Assembly (NCBI GenBank): GCA_000004985.1
Contig: GG738891.1
Direction: 5' to 3' (one strand)
Source: Naegleria gruberi
Taxonomy: Eukaryota
DNA: 64,000 nucleotides
Below are positions 30,986-43,100 of the stretch, one piece after another. How positions within the stretch are numbered: position 1 is the first letter of the stretch; the number at the start of each line of letters is the position of its first letter. The position numbers were made by a program, and so were the translations under genes. The notes below the pieces were generated by a model. That model saw only the letters and a program-made list of their open reading frames with translations. It ran no database searches and was not told the DNA's origin.

Positions 30986-32887
30986 TTACTTTTTAGGTTT
31001 TTCTTTTCTAATAAACTCAATAGTATTTTCACTATCCTCACAATTTGAATAAGTTTCTAAATATTTCAGAGAGGGCATTAGTTTCTTAAGAGAAGGTAGA
31101 TTTAAATCATTAGACCTCCAAAAGAATGTTTTTAAACATAAATATTCCACATTACTGAATACACCAGAATTAGGAACATCGATCATAAATAATTTCTTGG
31201 AATCAATAATTCCAACTAATTGAACTGAACGAAGTTCCAATTCTTCTACATGATCTGGAATATTCATTTCAATGGAAGTGTTTTTAGCAGCCTGTAAGGC
31301 CAAATTGTTAATAGATTTCATTCGCTTTAACATTTTCTCAACCTGAGCTGACTTTAGGGATGTTTTTGTAAAATTGTTAATTTTTAAAATGTGAAGATTT
31401 GGAAATGTTGAAGGATCTAAAATATCTAATAATGTTTTTGATAAGTTAATTTTTGTAAAAGTTATTCCTCTAACACACTCAGAAAGTGAATTCAAGATGG
31501 TGGCGACGAAATCTGGACTACAATCTTCTAATGTTACGTATTCAACAACTTTCAAAACCTGATCAAGAATTTTCTTATCTGGAAGACCTTCATTCTTTTT
31601 AAAGTTTTTGCATGTGATTTCTTTCAAGCATTGATTTGTTGAAGGCAATTTCTTAAGGCAGTCATAACCAATTGATTCTCCATTCACAATCATAGAAACC
31701 AAGTTTGGTACATATTTGATCATTGAGTCATGATTAACATAGGCCCTCTTTACAAATGGGCAATCTAATTTTACAATTACTGTAACATGCTCTAAATCTA
31801 TTAAATCCCAAGCCATAGTAGGTTCCTTTACATTCAGTACAGCAATATCATTTAGACCTAAACTTGAAAGTTGTTTAGAATCAATGCTTAAATTTTCTGA
31901 TCTAAAAACAGTACATTTCTCCAAAGTTGGGCACTGAATCACTATATTGGAAAAGTCACTTATATGTAAGCTTGTGATAGTTGGGTGGGATATTGTAATC
32001 TCTTTGGTTTTTTTGTGATGGGATGTTATACAAAGATGTGTAAGGGTTGGAAACTGCTTCAAAGCACTTGATGCCTTGGAGAATACATTGAGTATGAAAG
32101 GACTTGAATGACAGCTCAATGATTTTAACTTGTCAAAAACAGTATCTGTTCTCTCGAATATCGTACAGTAAGCCGAAATGTCATCCTTTTCTGGGGCAGC
32201 ATTTTTTGAGTGATCAAGGGGTATGGCCTTTGCCTTAATGTTATGCTTGTTTACCATATTTTCAATACCTGGAATTCTGGTATAAGTTTTGATTGCATCA
32301 ATTCTAAATGTAATGTACTTTTCAAAAAAAATCATTTCACTTTTAACATCAATTGGATATTCATAATGAACAAGTGCTTGTGGCAATTCACTCGCTTGTT
32401 TCCACAATTTGCAAACTCTATTAATTTGAACAAATTCCTTAACTGGAAGGTATGAAAATATGATAGCCCATATTTCTGGAATATCAAGTTTAAAAAGAAA
32501 GTAACTATCCTGAGAGGGATTAATTGTTCGAATAGAATTGGACGTCATGAACATGTCTGCTTGCATTACAGAAACCAAAAACTCATCAGTCACTTGTTTC
32601 AAATGTTTAACAATATTAATTGACAATTCTTTTTGTTTCAAATTAGTTTCATCAGAAAAGAGCCTTCGGAGAGAGTCTTCATCCTTTAATTTCTTGACTG
32701 TCTGTGCCATCCATTGAACAAAATCATCCGATGATGTCTCACACTCAATCAAAACTTGATCACTATTCTTCTCTTTAATTTCTTCATCAGTACTTGATGA
32801 TTGTTTCACCTTTTTTACTTCTACTTCACAAGCAGAATCTGCTTCCGTAATCTTTCTCTTACTGGCCACTTTTTTGTGTGGTGGCAT
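30986..32887 (-). CDS. F-box / leucine-rich-repeat protein
   Basis: 633 aa. F-box LDIPEIWAIIFSYLPVKEFVQINRVCKLWKQASELP, followed by degenerate LRRs. Confidence 0.6.
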   Translation of the reverse strand: MPPHKKVASKRKITEADSACEVEVKKVKQSSSTDEEIKEKNSDQVLIECETSSDDFVQWMAQTVKKLKDEDSLRRLFSDETNLKQKELSINIVKHLKQVTDEFLVSVMQADMFMTSNSIRTINPSQDSYFLFKLDIPEIWAIIFSYLPVKEFVQINRVCKLWKQASELPQALVHYEYPIDVKSEMIFFEKYITFRIDAIKTYTRIPGIENMVNKHNIKAKAIPLDHSKNAAPEKDDISAYCTIFERTDTVFDKLKSLSCHSSPFILNVFSKASSALKQFPTLTHLCITSHHKKTKEITISHPTITSLHISDFSNIVIQCPTLEKCTVFRSENLSIDSKQLSSLGLNDIAVLNVKEPTMAWDLIDLEHVTVIVKLDCPFVKRAYVNHDSMIKYVPNLVSMIVNGESIGYDCLKKLPSTNQCLKEITCKNFKKNEGLPDKKILDQVLKVVEYVTLEDCSPDFVATILNSLSECVRGITFTKINLSKTLLDILDPSTFPNLHILKINNFTKTSLKSAQVEKMLKRMKSINNLALQAAKNTSIEMNIPDHVEELELRSVQLVGIIDSKKLFMIDVPNSGVFSNVEYLCLKTFFWRSNDLNLPSLKKLMPSLKYLETYSNCEDSENTIEFIRKEKPKK

Positions 32888-33019
32888 TTTTTAGTTTCAC
32901 CGATTAGCAACAAACATCTCGATTTTGTAATCGAATAATGTTGATTGATTCTTGTTCGAAAAATACAAATTTACGAATGTTGTTTTGGCGCCATTTTTGT
33001 TTTTCAATTTTAAAAAAAA

Positions 33020-34714
33020 ATGTACAGTAATGATCCTTTTGATGATGGGGAAAGAGTGAATCGTTTCTCTTCATTTGAACAGTCGGAGCCAGCGTTTGAT
33101 GAGAGGATGATGGAAGATAGACAACAATCATTTGGTGGTCCTTCTTCAAACTCAGCCTTGGATCCAGCCCTTAGAGCTCTTATTAAATATAGAAGAAGAA
33201 AATTTACAGAGTCTGTGGATGCTTGTAATCAGTTATTATCCAAAAATTATAAGGATATGTCCATGTGGTATATAAAATGTAGGGCGTTGACTGCTAAAAT
33301 GTGGATTGATGATACAGAAATGGAAGATGAAGGTATTGCTGATATTTTACTTGATGAAACATCGGTAACAACAGCTCCTCGTCCTGGAACTTCTCTTAAA
33401 AGACCACACACTAATTCATCAGGCAAAAGAAGTGCCAATCCGAGTGTCAGACCTCAAACTAAGGATGGAAGACCAATCACTGGTTTTTCAAGACCTGGTA
33501 CCAATAGCGGAAGAAACACTGCAAGTAGAGGTGGGACAGGAACACAAAGTAGAGGTGGAACTTCAAGTATTGAAAATATATTTAAAGGTGCAAGACCTGG
33601 AACAACAAGACCAGTTACTACAACAGGTAGATTTGTTCGTTTGGGTACTGCCTCAATGAAAATATCTGGACTTGATCAAGAATATGCAATTTCAACAGAA
33701 CATATTGATTTGAAAAAGTATGCTGCTATTCCTCCTCTTGCTAAAGCATTGTATGACTATTTTATAGTTGTGGAACATGATGTAAAAAAAGCATTAGAAT
33801 TGGCTTCTTATGCTACAATTGAGGCTGAATTTAAGGATTGGTGGTGGAAGGCTCGTCTCGGAAAATGTTACTACCAATTGGGTTTATTGAGAGAAGCTGA
33901 AAAACAATATAGATCTGCAATCAAGAGCCAGCACATGATTGCAACATGCTTGGAATTAGGCAAAGTTTTCCTACGATTGGATCAGCCTAATAAGGCTTTA
34001 GAAGAATACGAGTCAGCATGTTTGAAATTCCCAAATGATACACATTTGATACTAGGTATTGCAAGAGTTTATGATAGTATGAACGATCTGGACAAGGCCA
34101 TTCAATATTATGAAAAAGTGCTGCATCTTAACAGTAGTAACGTTGAAAGTATTGCTTGTTTGGCAGGTAACTATTTCTATGAAGATCAACCTGAAGTAGC
34201 TATCAGACTGTACAGAAGATTGATTCAAATGGGTGTTAATAATTCAGAATTGTGGAACAATTTGGGACTTTGTTGTTTCTACGCTTCTCAATATGATATG
34301 GTATTCTCATGTTTTGATAGAGCTCTCCAATTAGCTGAAGATAATAATGAAGCAGAAGTGTGGTACAATATTGGTCAAGTTGCCATTGGTATTGGTGATG
34401 TTGGTCTTGCATATCAGTGTTTCAAGATTGCCACAAGTATTGACAATGAACATGCAGAAAGCTTTAACAATTTGGGTGTTTTAGAATTGAGAATGGGCAA
34501 TACAGAAGAAAGTAAGAATTACTTTGCTCAATCAATGGCTCTTGGACCAAGTCAACACGAACAAATATTCAACAATGCCTTATTATCATTCAAGAGAGGC
34601 AATCACCAACAAGCTCACGAACTTGTATTGAAGATTCTGAAAGATATTTATCCTGAACATGCTGATTCTCAGGAATTGAGGAAGAAATTAGAAGCCAAAT
34701 ATTTAATGCTCTAA
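33020..34714 (+). CDS. bbs8: Bardet-Biedl syndrome 8 protein homologue (TTC8/BBS8, BBSome subunit)
   Basis: 564-aa single exon. Collinear with TTC8: YRRRKF...PRPGTSLKRP...GRPITGFSRPGT...GRFVRLGTASM...KDWWWKARLGKCYYQLGLLREAEKQYRSA...IARVYDSMND...VESIACLAGNYFYEDQPEVAIRLYRRLIQMG...LWNNLGLCCFYASQYDM...AEVWYNIGQVAIGIGD...FNNLGVLELRMGN, with a C-terminus ending ...KYLML. Confidence 0.85.
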   Translation: MYSNDPFDDGERVNRFSSFEQSEPAFDERMMEDRQQSFGGPSSNSALDPALRALIKYRRRKFTESVDACNQLLSKNYKDMSMWYIKCRALTAKMWIDDTEMEDEGIADILLDETSVTTAPRPGTSLKRPHTNSSGKRSANPSVRPQTKDGRPITGFSRPGTNSGRNTASRGGTGTQSRGGTSSIENIFKGARPGTTRPVTTTGRFVRLGTASMKISGLDQEYAISTEHIDLKKYAAIPPLAKALYDYFIVVEHDVKKALELASYATIEAEFKDWWWKARLGKCYYQLGLLREAEKQYRSAIKSQHMIATCLELGKVFLRLDQPNKALEEYESACLKFPNDTHLILGIARVYDSMNDLDKAIQYYEKVLHLNSSNVESIACLAGNYFYEDQPEVAIRLYRRLIQMGVNNSELWNNLGLCCFYASQYDMVFSCFDRALQLAEDNNEAEVWYNIGQVAIGIGDVGLAYQCFKIATSIDNEHAESFNNLGVLELRMGNTEESKNYFAQSMALGPSQHEQIFNNALLSFKRGNHQQAHELVLKILKDIYPEHADSQELRKKLEAKYLML

Positions 34715-34744
34715 ATAAATTGTCAATAAACCAATATTTAAAAA

Positions 34745-36508
34745 ATGCAACAATCTAGTCGGAGATTAATCTCCAAATTACGAGCATCACCTTCACTACT
34801 TCGGAGGAAAACAAATAATATTTCTTTATCATCAAATTATTCTTCTTCTTTTCATCGATCCATTATTAAACAAAATACTAATAATAATAGCAATAATACT
34901 GTGGAAATAATTAATGAAGAAAAGGCTAAAGAACCTATTAAACTTCTTCAAAGAACAATTTCCTATCCAATTTATGAATCATTAGAATTTAATGATAAAA
35001 CTCATCTAGTCTATCAAAAGGAATTTAAATTATTGGAATCAAAATCTTTAAATTTAGAAATTAATACACGTAATATGAATGTAGAAATTTGTAATTATCA
35101 AGATGATGATAGTGATTCTATTAAAATTGAAATATATACACATAATTGTAATCCATATTCATGGTATGATTTAAATAATACACCACAAGGCTTCTTCTCC
35201 GATTATAAAATTGAACATTTATTTAGAGATTTAACAAATACATTGAGAATTAATGTTCATCAAGCACCAGTTCCTTCTCTTTTCTATAGACATAAATTAT
35301 TTAATCAAACTATTGATAATGTATTTCTTCCTAATGAAGTTTCTAAATTTATTGAAAGTAGAACTAAATTTACAACAATGAAAGTTTATTTACCTAAAGA
35401 AAATAATTCAATTAAAGTTGAAACTGATATTGGAAATATTATATTTAGAAATTTGAAAAATTTAAATGAATGTTTTGTAAAATCATCATTTGGATCATTA
35501 TATATTGATAAAGATGGCATTGATAATGTAAAAAAATTTAATTTGGAAATGTTATATGGATCTTGCTTTATTAAGAAAGTATCTAATGTGGAAAATTTGA
35601 AAATTAATCATTTATTTTCACTTATAGATCATTTTGGACGTGGAGCTGGAATTTTAGCATCAAATTCAATTACATTAGATAATATTGATTCAAATTCTAA
35701 TGTAAATATTCATACAATAGATCCAATAGATATATTTGTTAATCAGATTAGTCTTACAAATAATAATACTCTATCAATTTCATGTAGAACTAAAGATGGT
35801 ACTTTATTTACGTATACTTCAAATGGAATTCAAGTTTTTGTATCTGATGAAGTCAATTCAGGCACAAATTCAAAACTTAAAATATTCTCAGATTCTAATC
35901 CAATTACTTGCTATTTTGATAAGAATTCTGTTGTAAATTATAAAGTACAGGCTGTTTCACAAAGAAGTGATGTCTCAGTAGATTACAACAATATAATATT
36001 TGATGGAAGTGATGTTGTGAATAGTGTGAATGGAACAATTGTTAGTAGAAAAGATACTAAACGATTACATCTTCTCAATCAATCAATAATTGATTCTCCT
36101 CAAGAAGAAAATATTGATACTACTGCTACTGATTTATCCTCATTAACTGAATGCCCAATTGGTGGTGATGTATCAATGACTTGTAGACATTCACAAATTC
36201 ACATTAAACAATATGAATATCTTTTATTGGGTGATGGTGAACAAGGTGCTGATTCTGATTTGAGTACAAGACGATTACTCTATCAGAAACAAAGTACCTC
36301 AGAGTATTATATTGAACTTTTGGATTATAGAATTGCAAAGAGAGATGCTTTTGTTTACGTTTCCATAGCTGTTTTATTGATAATTTATGTTTCCATTATC
36401 AAATTTTATTCAATTCCAACATTTGAAAAGCAAGCTTGGTTGAACAATAGTGGAATGGCTTCAACGATGGGAAATCCAACTGAGGCTTTAAGACCAAACA
36501 CTAAATAA
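34745..36508 (+). CDS. Hypothetical protein with an Arg/Ser-rich N-terminus (possible organellar presequence) and a C-terminal transmembrane anchor
   Basis: 587-aa ATG-initiated ORF with Asn-rich low complexity near the N-terminus and a hydrophobic segment AFVYVSIAVLLIIYVSIIKFY near the C-terminus. No recognised domain. Confidence 0.45.
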   Translation: MQQSSRRLISKLRASPSLLRRKTNNISLSSNYSSSFHRSIIKQNTNNNSNNTVEIINEEKAKEPIKLLQRTISYPIYESLEFNDKTHLVYQKEFKLLESKSLNLEINTRNMNVEICNYQDDDSDSIKIEIYTHNCNPYSWYDLNNTPQGFFSDYKIEHLFRDLTNTLRINVHQAPVPSLFYRHKLFNQTIDNVFLPNEVSKFIESRTKFTTMKVYLPKENNSIKVETDIGNIIFRNLKNLNECFVKSSFGSLYIDKDGIDNVKKFNLEMLYGSCFIKKVSNVENLKINHLFSLIDHFGRGAGILASNSITLDNIDSNSNVNIHTIDPIDIFVNQISLTNNNTLSISCRTKDGTLFTYTSNGIQVFVSDEVNSGTNSKLKIFSDSNPITCYFDKNSVVNYKVQAVSQRSDVSVDYNNIIFDGSDVVNSVNGTIVSRKDTKRLHLLNQSIIDSPQEENIDTTATDLSSLTECPIGGDVSMTCRHSQIHIKQYEYLLLGDGEQGADSDLSTRRLLYQKQSTSEYYIELLDYRIAKRDAFVYVSIAVLLIIYVSIIKFYSIPTFEKQAWLNNSGMASTMGNPTEALRPNTK

Positions 36509-36525
36509 ATTAAATATTTAATTTC

Positions 36526-37176
36526 CTACTTGTTGAATAATGAATAGTAACAAATAATAATACATGTAAATACTGTAATAGAAAGTGTTACTAATTTAAC
36601 AATTTCAAAATCTTGTAAGTTTCCAACTGGTATATCTACTGATATTATTTGAGTATTTTCTGAATTGATAATATTAAATTCCTTTCCATCAATATAGAAA
36701 ATTGTTGGGATATTAATTTGCACAGTTGTGAAAGATTCAGTTGAGCTTGGAAATTGATATCTAAAATGTATTGGATATTTAAAAGTAACAGTGAATTCAT
36801 TTCCACTTTGTTTTACAATCTTTGACAATGTGACATTATGTTCAGTACTAGAATATGATGGTGCCTCAACATTGATATAATATTGATGTTTGGGTAAGAG
36901 AATTTCTTTCATATTATTAATTTCATAAATATCAATATAAATATCCTTTGATAATTTTTCCACATAGGAAATATTCATCAATTTACCAACAGCACTGTTC
37001 TCGGAATTATTTAATTTAATTCTAAATGTGCTAATTAATTCTCTGTGAAATCCTTGTTTTGTTAATTCCCTAGATATTAAAGATACTTCTTGTGTAGTAA
37101 CAAATTCTAGTTGTTGAATAAATAAAAGAGTGCCAATAATTAACATAATAGTGTTCCGAATAATCTTATTGTACAT
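36526..37176 (-). CDS. Type I membrane protein, possibly PIG-X/PBN1-like (GPI mannosyltransferase I accessory subunit)
   Basis: 216 aa. N-terminal signal/anchor (MLIIGTLLFIQQLEF), a C-terminal TM (IVKLVTLSITVFTCIIICYY) and a KYPIHFRYQFP segment resembling the PIG-X HxRY motif. Weak assignment. Confidence 0.35.
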   Translation of the reverse strand: MYNKIIRNTIMLIIGTLLFIQQLEFVTTQEVSLISRELTKQGFHRELISTFRIKLNNSENSAVGKLMNISYVEKLSKDIYIDIYEINNMKEILLPKHQYYINVEAPSYSSTEHNVTLSKIVKQSGNEFTVTFKYPIHFRYQFPSSTESFTTVQINIPTIFYIDGKEFNIINSENTQIISVDIPVGNLQDFEIVKLVTLSITVFTCIIICYYSLFNK

Positions 37177-37193
37177 TTTTTTAATTTAGTTTT

Positions 37194-40100
37194 TTACATT
37201 TGATTATTTTCTCTTACAATCTTTTGGATCAACTCTAATTTGGATTGTTCCATTTCTTGAATCTTATTAACAATGAAAAACATTTGATCTTTGGTTGTTT
37301 GTGCAACACTATCACATTGTAATCCTATTGAATTAATCTTTGAGAAACATGTTGAAATCTTTTCAAACATATTCTTTGAAATCTCTGATTGATCATTAGC
37401 TGAACTTTCTTGTTCATTCTTCATTTCTTCAACTTGTTTGGAAACATTTTGAATAGTTTCTGTCAATTCTTTAGAAACTTTATCCAAATTCTTCTTTTCT
37501 TCCTCTAATTTTTGGAGAACATCTTGTTTCACCTCATCTTCTAATAATTTAATACATTCTATCAAATCATCCTTTCCATTATTCAACCCCATTTCTGTTA
37601 TCTTGGCTTCAATTTGTGTAATTTGTTCTACATTCTTTGAAATCTTTCCAAGTACTTCATCGTCAATGGTTTTTCTTAAACTGGAGAGAGTTTCAGATTG
37701 TTCTTTGATTTGAGAAAGAGTTGGAGCTATTTCCTTATCGAGTTGTACCTTGATTTCATTTTCTTGGTTTTGTTTAAATGTAGATATAATATTTTCTTTC
37801 AATTCCACTTCTCTCTTTTCCAAACTTTCAATATCCAGTTTTTTCTTATCTAATTCTTGTAATTGGGTTTGAATTTGTTGAACCATTTCAGAATATTTCT
37901 TGAGATTTTCATCTTGAACGGATTGATTTTCTTTAGATATTAAGCTTTCCACTTGTGTTTTAAGATCTGAGAGTGTTTGAATTGTTATCTTATCTATAAC
38001 TTCCTTCAATCCAGTTATGGCTGTTTGATTTTCCTCGATTTGCTTCTTCATAGCGTCATTATCTCGTTTTTCTTTAAGGTTAGACAAAATATCTGAAGTT
38101 TCTGTCTTGAACTTTTGCAAATCCTCAAGAATCATATTGTTACACTTGGAATCTAATTCATAAACATCAAAGTGTGATTTAATATCACCCTTGATCTTAG
38201 TATTATCTTCTTGTAAAGCAGTAATAATATTGGAATCAACAGTTAAAATATTTTCACTCGAATTCTTTAAATCTTGTACAAGTTTATCTGACTCGGCAAA
38301 CTTTTCTTTCATTTCTTCAACTGATTTAGAGGTTTCATTCAATTTGTTTTGAATTTCTTCTTGATTTTCATTTAACTTCTTCAACGCTTCCTTAGTGTTT
38401 TGATCATCCTTTTCATTTTCCTCCAGCTCGTTTCTTAGATCCTCAATTGAAACTTCAATTGTTGCAAGTCTATCTATTGGAAGAGAATTCTTGATATCTA
38501 AAACAGAATTAACAATATCAGATGCTGTAGCTCTAACTTCTGAAATAGATTCATTCATATTTTGAATGGATGTTGTCATGGTATCTTTAACATTTTCAAT
38601 GGATGATTTGAGGGAAGATATACTTTCATCCATTTCAGTCTTGTTGATATCATTAACTTTTTTGATATTTTCGTCTAACTTGTTTTGAATATCTTTCAAT
38701 TCATTCTTTGTCTCATTGTCATCTTTTTCATTCTCCTGTATATCCTTTCGTATTTGATCCAAAGATTCTTCAATCTTTCCAATTTTTTCTAAAGGTAATT
38801 TTGATTTAATATCAACAACTTCATTAGAAAGTTCGTTTTGCTTTTCTTGAATATTGATTACGCTGTTTTGTAATTCATTGATCTTATTTTCACTATTTGT
38901 GATTGCTTTTACGCCATCCTTTGCAGATTTGATTTCCTCTTTGTGTGATTCGAGTAATTTTTCTTGGGATTCTACTTGAGTTGTTAAACTAGAAATTCTT
39001 TCATCATGGGATTTGACTTTTTCCTCGGTGGATGTAATTTGATCTTCAACCTTTTTGATTTCCTCTGCTACTACTTGTTGGACTTTTTCACCAAGCGATG
39101 TTTCTGAAACTACATTGTCCATCTTCTTGCTGACTTCTTGCAATTGGTTTTGGGATTCTTCTTGATTCGCCTTAATATTAATGTTCTCATTTTCCATTGT
39201 ACTAACAGATGATACGACATTTTCAATCTTTCGTAGAATGTCTGATTGAGATTTCTTGAGTTGATCCACTTCATCTTTTCCTTTGATTACCTCACCTTCC
39301 AAATTGGTTACCTTTACAGCAACATCAGAAACTGTACCATTAACAATAGTTTCCATTTCATCAAGTTTTGTTTTGAGCTTGTTATAATTTTCAGTGTCAA
39401 GTTTAGAGATTCTTTCAGCAATCTTGTCTTCAAATTGGTCTGCCAACTTTTTAACAGAATCATGTGATTCTTTCAAATCATTCAAGTTTGTATTCAATTC
39501 CTGAACCTTGTTTGAACTTTCAGTTAATTTTTGATGAATTTCCTGTTGATCTTCATTCAATTTCTTCAAGAGTTCCTTTGTATTTTGGTCATCCTTTTCA
39601 TTTTCTTCAAGTTCATTTCTTATTTCTTCCATAGAAACTTCCATGTTTGAAATTGTATCGATTGGTATTGAATTCTTGAATAAATCGACAGAGTTAACAA
39701 TCTCTGTTGCTGTATTTCTCACATCAGAAATAGATTGATTCATTTGTTGAATTGATGTTGTTAAAGATTGATTGATATTATCGACATCGTTCTTTACACC
39801 ATTAATCTTGTCTTCCAATAAAAGCTCTTCCTTTCTAATTTCTTCAATGGAAACTTCCATTTTTGAAATTGTATCAATAGGTAAGGTTTGTTTAACGCTT
39901 TCCACAGACTCTATAATTTCGCTGGCTGTGTTTCTAACATCTAATATTGAGCTGTTCATTTGTTGAACAGATGTCATCATGGTATCCTTAACATTTTCAA
40001 TGTCATTTTTAAGTGATAATATCTTTTCATCAAATTGTTGTTCAGTAGAAGTATTATTGGTTTCTATCAATCCCTTTAATTCTTCTCTAGATGTAGTAGT

Positions 40101-43100
40101 ATCATTTTTCAAAGTTGCAACATCCATTTCTAAAGTGGTAACAGATTTCTCCAATGATTGTGTTGATATCTTTACATGTTCATCAATAGTATTTGATAAT
40201 TGTTCTTGGGCAGATTTCAATTTTTCTTCAACGATAGCATTTACATCCAAACTAGAAGCAATCTTTTCGTTCAACTCTGCTTTGGTTTCATTGACATTTT
40301 CATGTAGACTATTCACATTCTCACTAATTCTTTCTATTTTATCTGAACTATCTTTCTCAACTCTTACTAATATTTCAGAACTATTTGCAATTTGTTTAAC
40401 AATTTCTTGAGTCTTATTATTCAAAATTTCAATCTTGGAAATGGTTTCAGTATTACTACCTTCTAATTTCTTTATGGATTCAAGAGCTGGTTGTAAATTA
40501 GTCTCAATCTTCTTGATTTGTTGTTTAGCATCTTCTATTCCTTTAGAATTTTCTTTAGAGTCATTCTTAACAGTTTCCAAATCTGTCTTTGTTGCTACAG
40601 TCTTGGTGGCTTCAGCTTGCTCCTCTTTGAACTTGAGTAATTTTTCAATCTTGTCATTCACAGTACTAAACTTTTCCAAAGAATTATCTCTAATATTTTC
40701 AAACTCCTTTTTCAAAGCATCAACCCTTTCAGTTGTTAATGTTAATTGTTGTGGTCTAACAGATTCTAATCTGATTTTATCATAAATATCTGAAATCTTC
40801 TCTTTAATTTCAAGTTTAACGCTCTTCTCTAGAGTTTCAATTTCATCTTTGAGTTTTTGTTTTTGATTGTCGTTGAGAGAATTCATTAGATCATTAATCT
40901 TTTTCAAAGATGTATCAATCTCTGACTTGGTATCTTGAATAAGCTTTTCAAATCTATTAATAACAGATTTCGTGTCTTGCTTAAGAGAATCTGTAATTCC
41001 AATAATGTTTTCAATTTTAGAATCAGAAGATTGAGAGTGTTCCTTGAGTGCTGTTGAAACTGTATCAATCTTATGATGTGCGCTCTTGGATTGTTCTTGC
41101 AAGGTTTCTGTTGTTGAAACGACTGAAGAAATTTTCTTGTTGATTGATTCTTCCATATTAGATACGTCTGTTTTTTTAACATGTTCAGTGATTTGTTTCT
41201 TGATTGCTTCAATCTTTTCATTCAATTCCTCTTCTGCTTTTTTAATCTTTGTAATTGTATCTTCTTGCTTTTTAGATGTATCACTTGTCGATTGTTCCAA
41301 ATCTCGTTGAATATCGCCAAGATCCTTGTTGGTTTGAATTTTCATGTCATCCAAAAGAACCTTGAAATCATCTAATCCTTTTCTAAGTTTTTCTGCTGAT
41401 TCTTTAAGCAAGGAATTCTCCTCCTTGAGTCTTTCTAATCTAAAGGTTGTATCGGAAATAGAGTTCTTTAATCCAATTTCTACATCAGATACTGAATCCT
41501 TCAACTTTCTGATACCTTCACTATTTTCATTATATTGTTGTTGCGATGTTGTACTATTGTTTTCAATCTTCTTATTAATTTGTTGAGTCTCTGATTCAAT
41601 GGAGGATTTCAAGTCTTTAACCTCATTATTTAGTGACTTCTTTACAGAGGTAATAGCTTCATCAGAATTTTCCTTATTCTTATTGATTAAATCCTTTGAT
41701 TCCTTCTTAAATGATTCCAAATCATTTTGTAAGGTATTGGATTTATCTTCAATAGTTTTCTCTAGAGTTTGACTTGTTTGGGTAATGTTCTTCTTGAGCT
41801 CTTCTTTTTGTTTTGTCATTGACGTTTCCAAATCAGTTTTAGATGTATTGATCATACTCTTAAGATCAATAAACTTTTTATCAATCTTGGAGTTTGTATC
41901 CTTTTCTCTATTAATAATATCTGACTTGACTGAAGAAATGTCCGAGTCGAGTTTCTTAGAAACTGTTCTGACTTGTTCTTCTGCTGAAGTTTTGTTGGCA
42001 TTAATTTCCTTCATCAAACTTTGCTCTAGCTTATTAGTCTTTTCATTCAAGTTTGTGTTGGCTTCAACCAACTTCTTAGAGACGTTTTCAAAGCGTGCAT
42101 CATTCAATTTTTGCTTTGAATTAACATCTTGCTCTAATTTTACAATATGTTGCTGCTGTGTTTGTATCTTTGTATCCATTTCCTTCTTGAGATTATCACT
42201 CTTTGTTAATAATTCTTCCTTATTTACGGTTAAAATTCTATTAACTTCAACTTCATGCTTTGAAAGGTTTGTTTTCATTTCATTCCTAGCATTTTCCAAA
42301 TTATCAGACAATGTTAAAGTTTCAGAATCGAATTTAACATTAAGGGCTGATATTTCAGAAATTAATTCCATTTCACTTTCGTTTAAAATCTTTTGAACAT
42401 CACTAACCTTTTCTTGAACGTCATTTTGAAGTCTACTATGTGATGCGATCATATCTTGTTTCAAGTTGTGTATAATCTTTTCTGTACTGGATTTTGTAGC
42501 TTGAACTCCTTCCTTTAGGTTTGAAGCTTCGTCCTTGAGATGAACGTTTGTCTTTTGAAGATCATGTTCCAGCTTTTCTACTTTTAAATCCATATATTGT
42601 CTAGCTACTTCTGAGGCACTTTTCAATACAAACTCATCACCTCTATTCATGGTTTTAATTAATTCTTCTCTCAGAGTAGTATTCATATAATCAAATAATT
42701 CTCTCTTCAAATTTGAAAGAGAAGAATTAAATTCTTTTTGAACTCCTGTTGCTGTTTCAAGAGCTTTAGCCAAATCCTTTTTGTGTTCTTCAATTTCTGT
42801 AAAGGCTTTTTCATTGCTTAATGTGAGAGAATCAACTGATAAATCAATTTTCTTATTCAATAGCTCTAAAATTTCGTGTTTTGCTTCGTTTTGTTGCTGT
42901 TTATGTTCTAAAAAGTCTTGTTTCACCTGAATGATACTCTTATCTATATATTCTTTGGTATTTTCCATAAAGCCTCGTATTCTCTTATCAATGTTATCAA
43001 ACTTTGATAATAATTCAACTTTGATTTCATCCAATGAATCACTTGTTACATGAAGAGAACCAGAATCTCTATCCTGAGTATCTATTGAAGAGTATGAAGT

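Noticed and set aside
39246-42396. Eight plus-strand track ORFs (39246.., 39772.., 39979.., 40435.., 41086.., 41181.., 41344.., 41785..) overlapping the giant coiled-coil gene
   Set aside because: They are antisense to a 6.3-kb intact ORF and translate to Ser/Phe/Leu/Ile low-complexity strings, the antisense reading of GAA/AAG/TTG-rich coiled-coil codons. No start context or domains.
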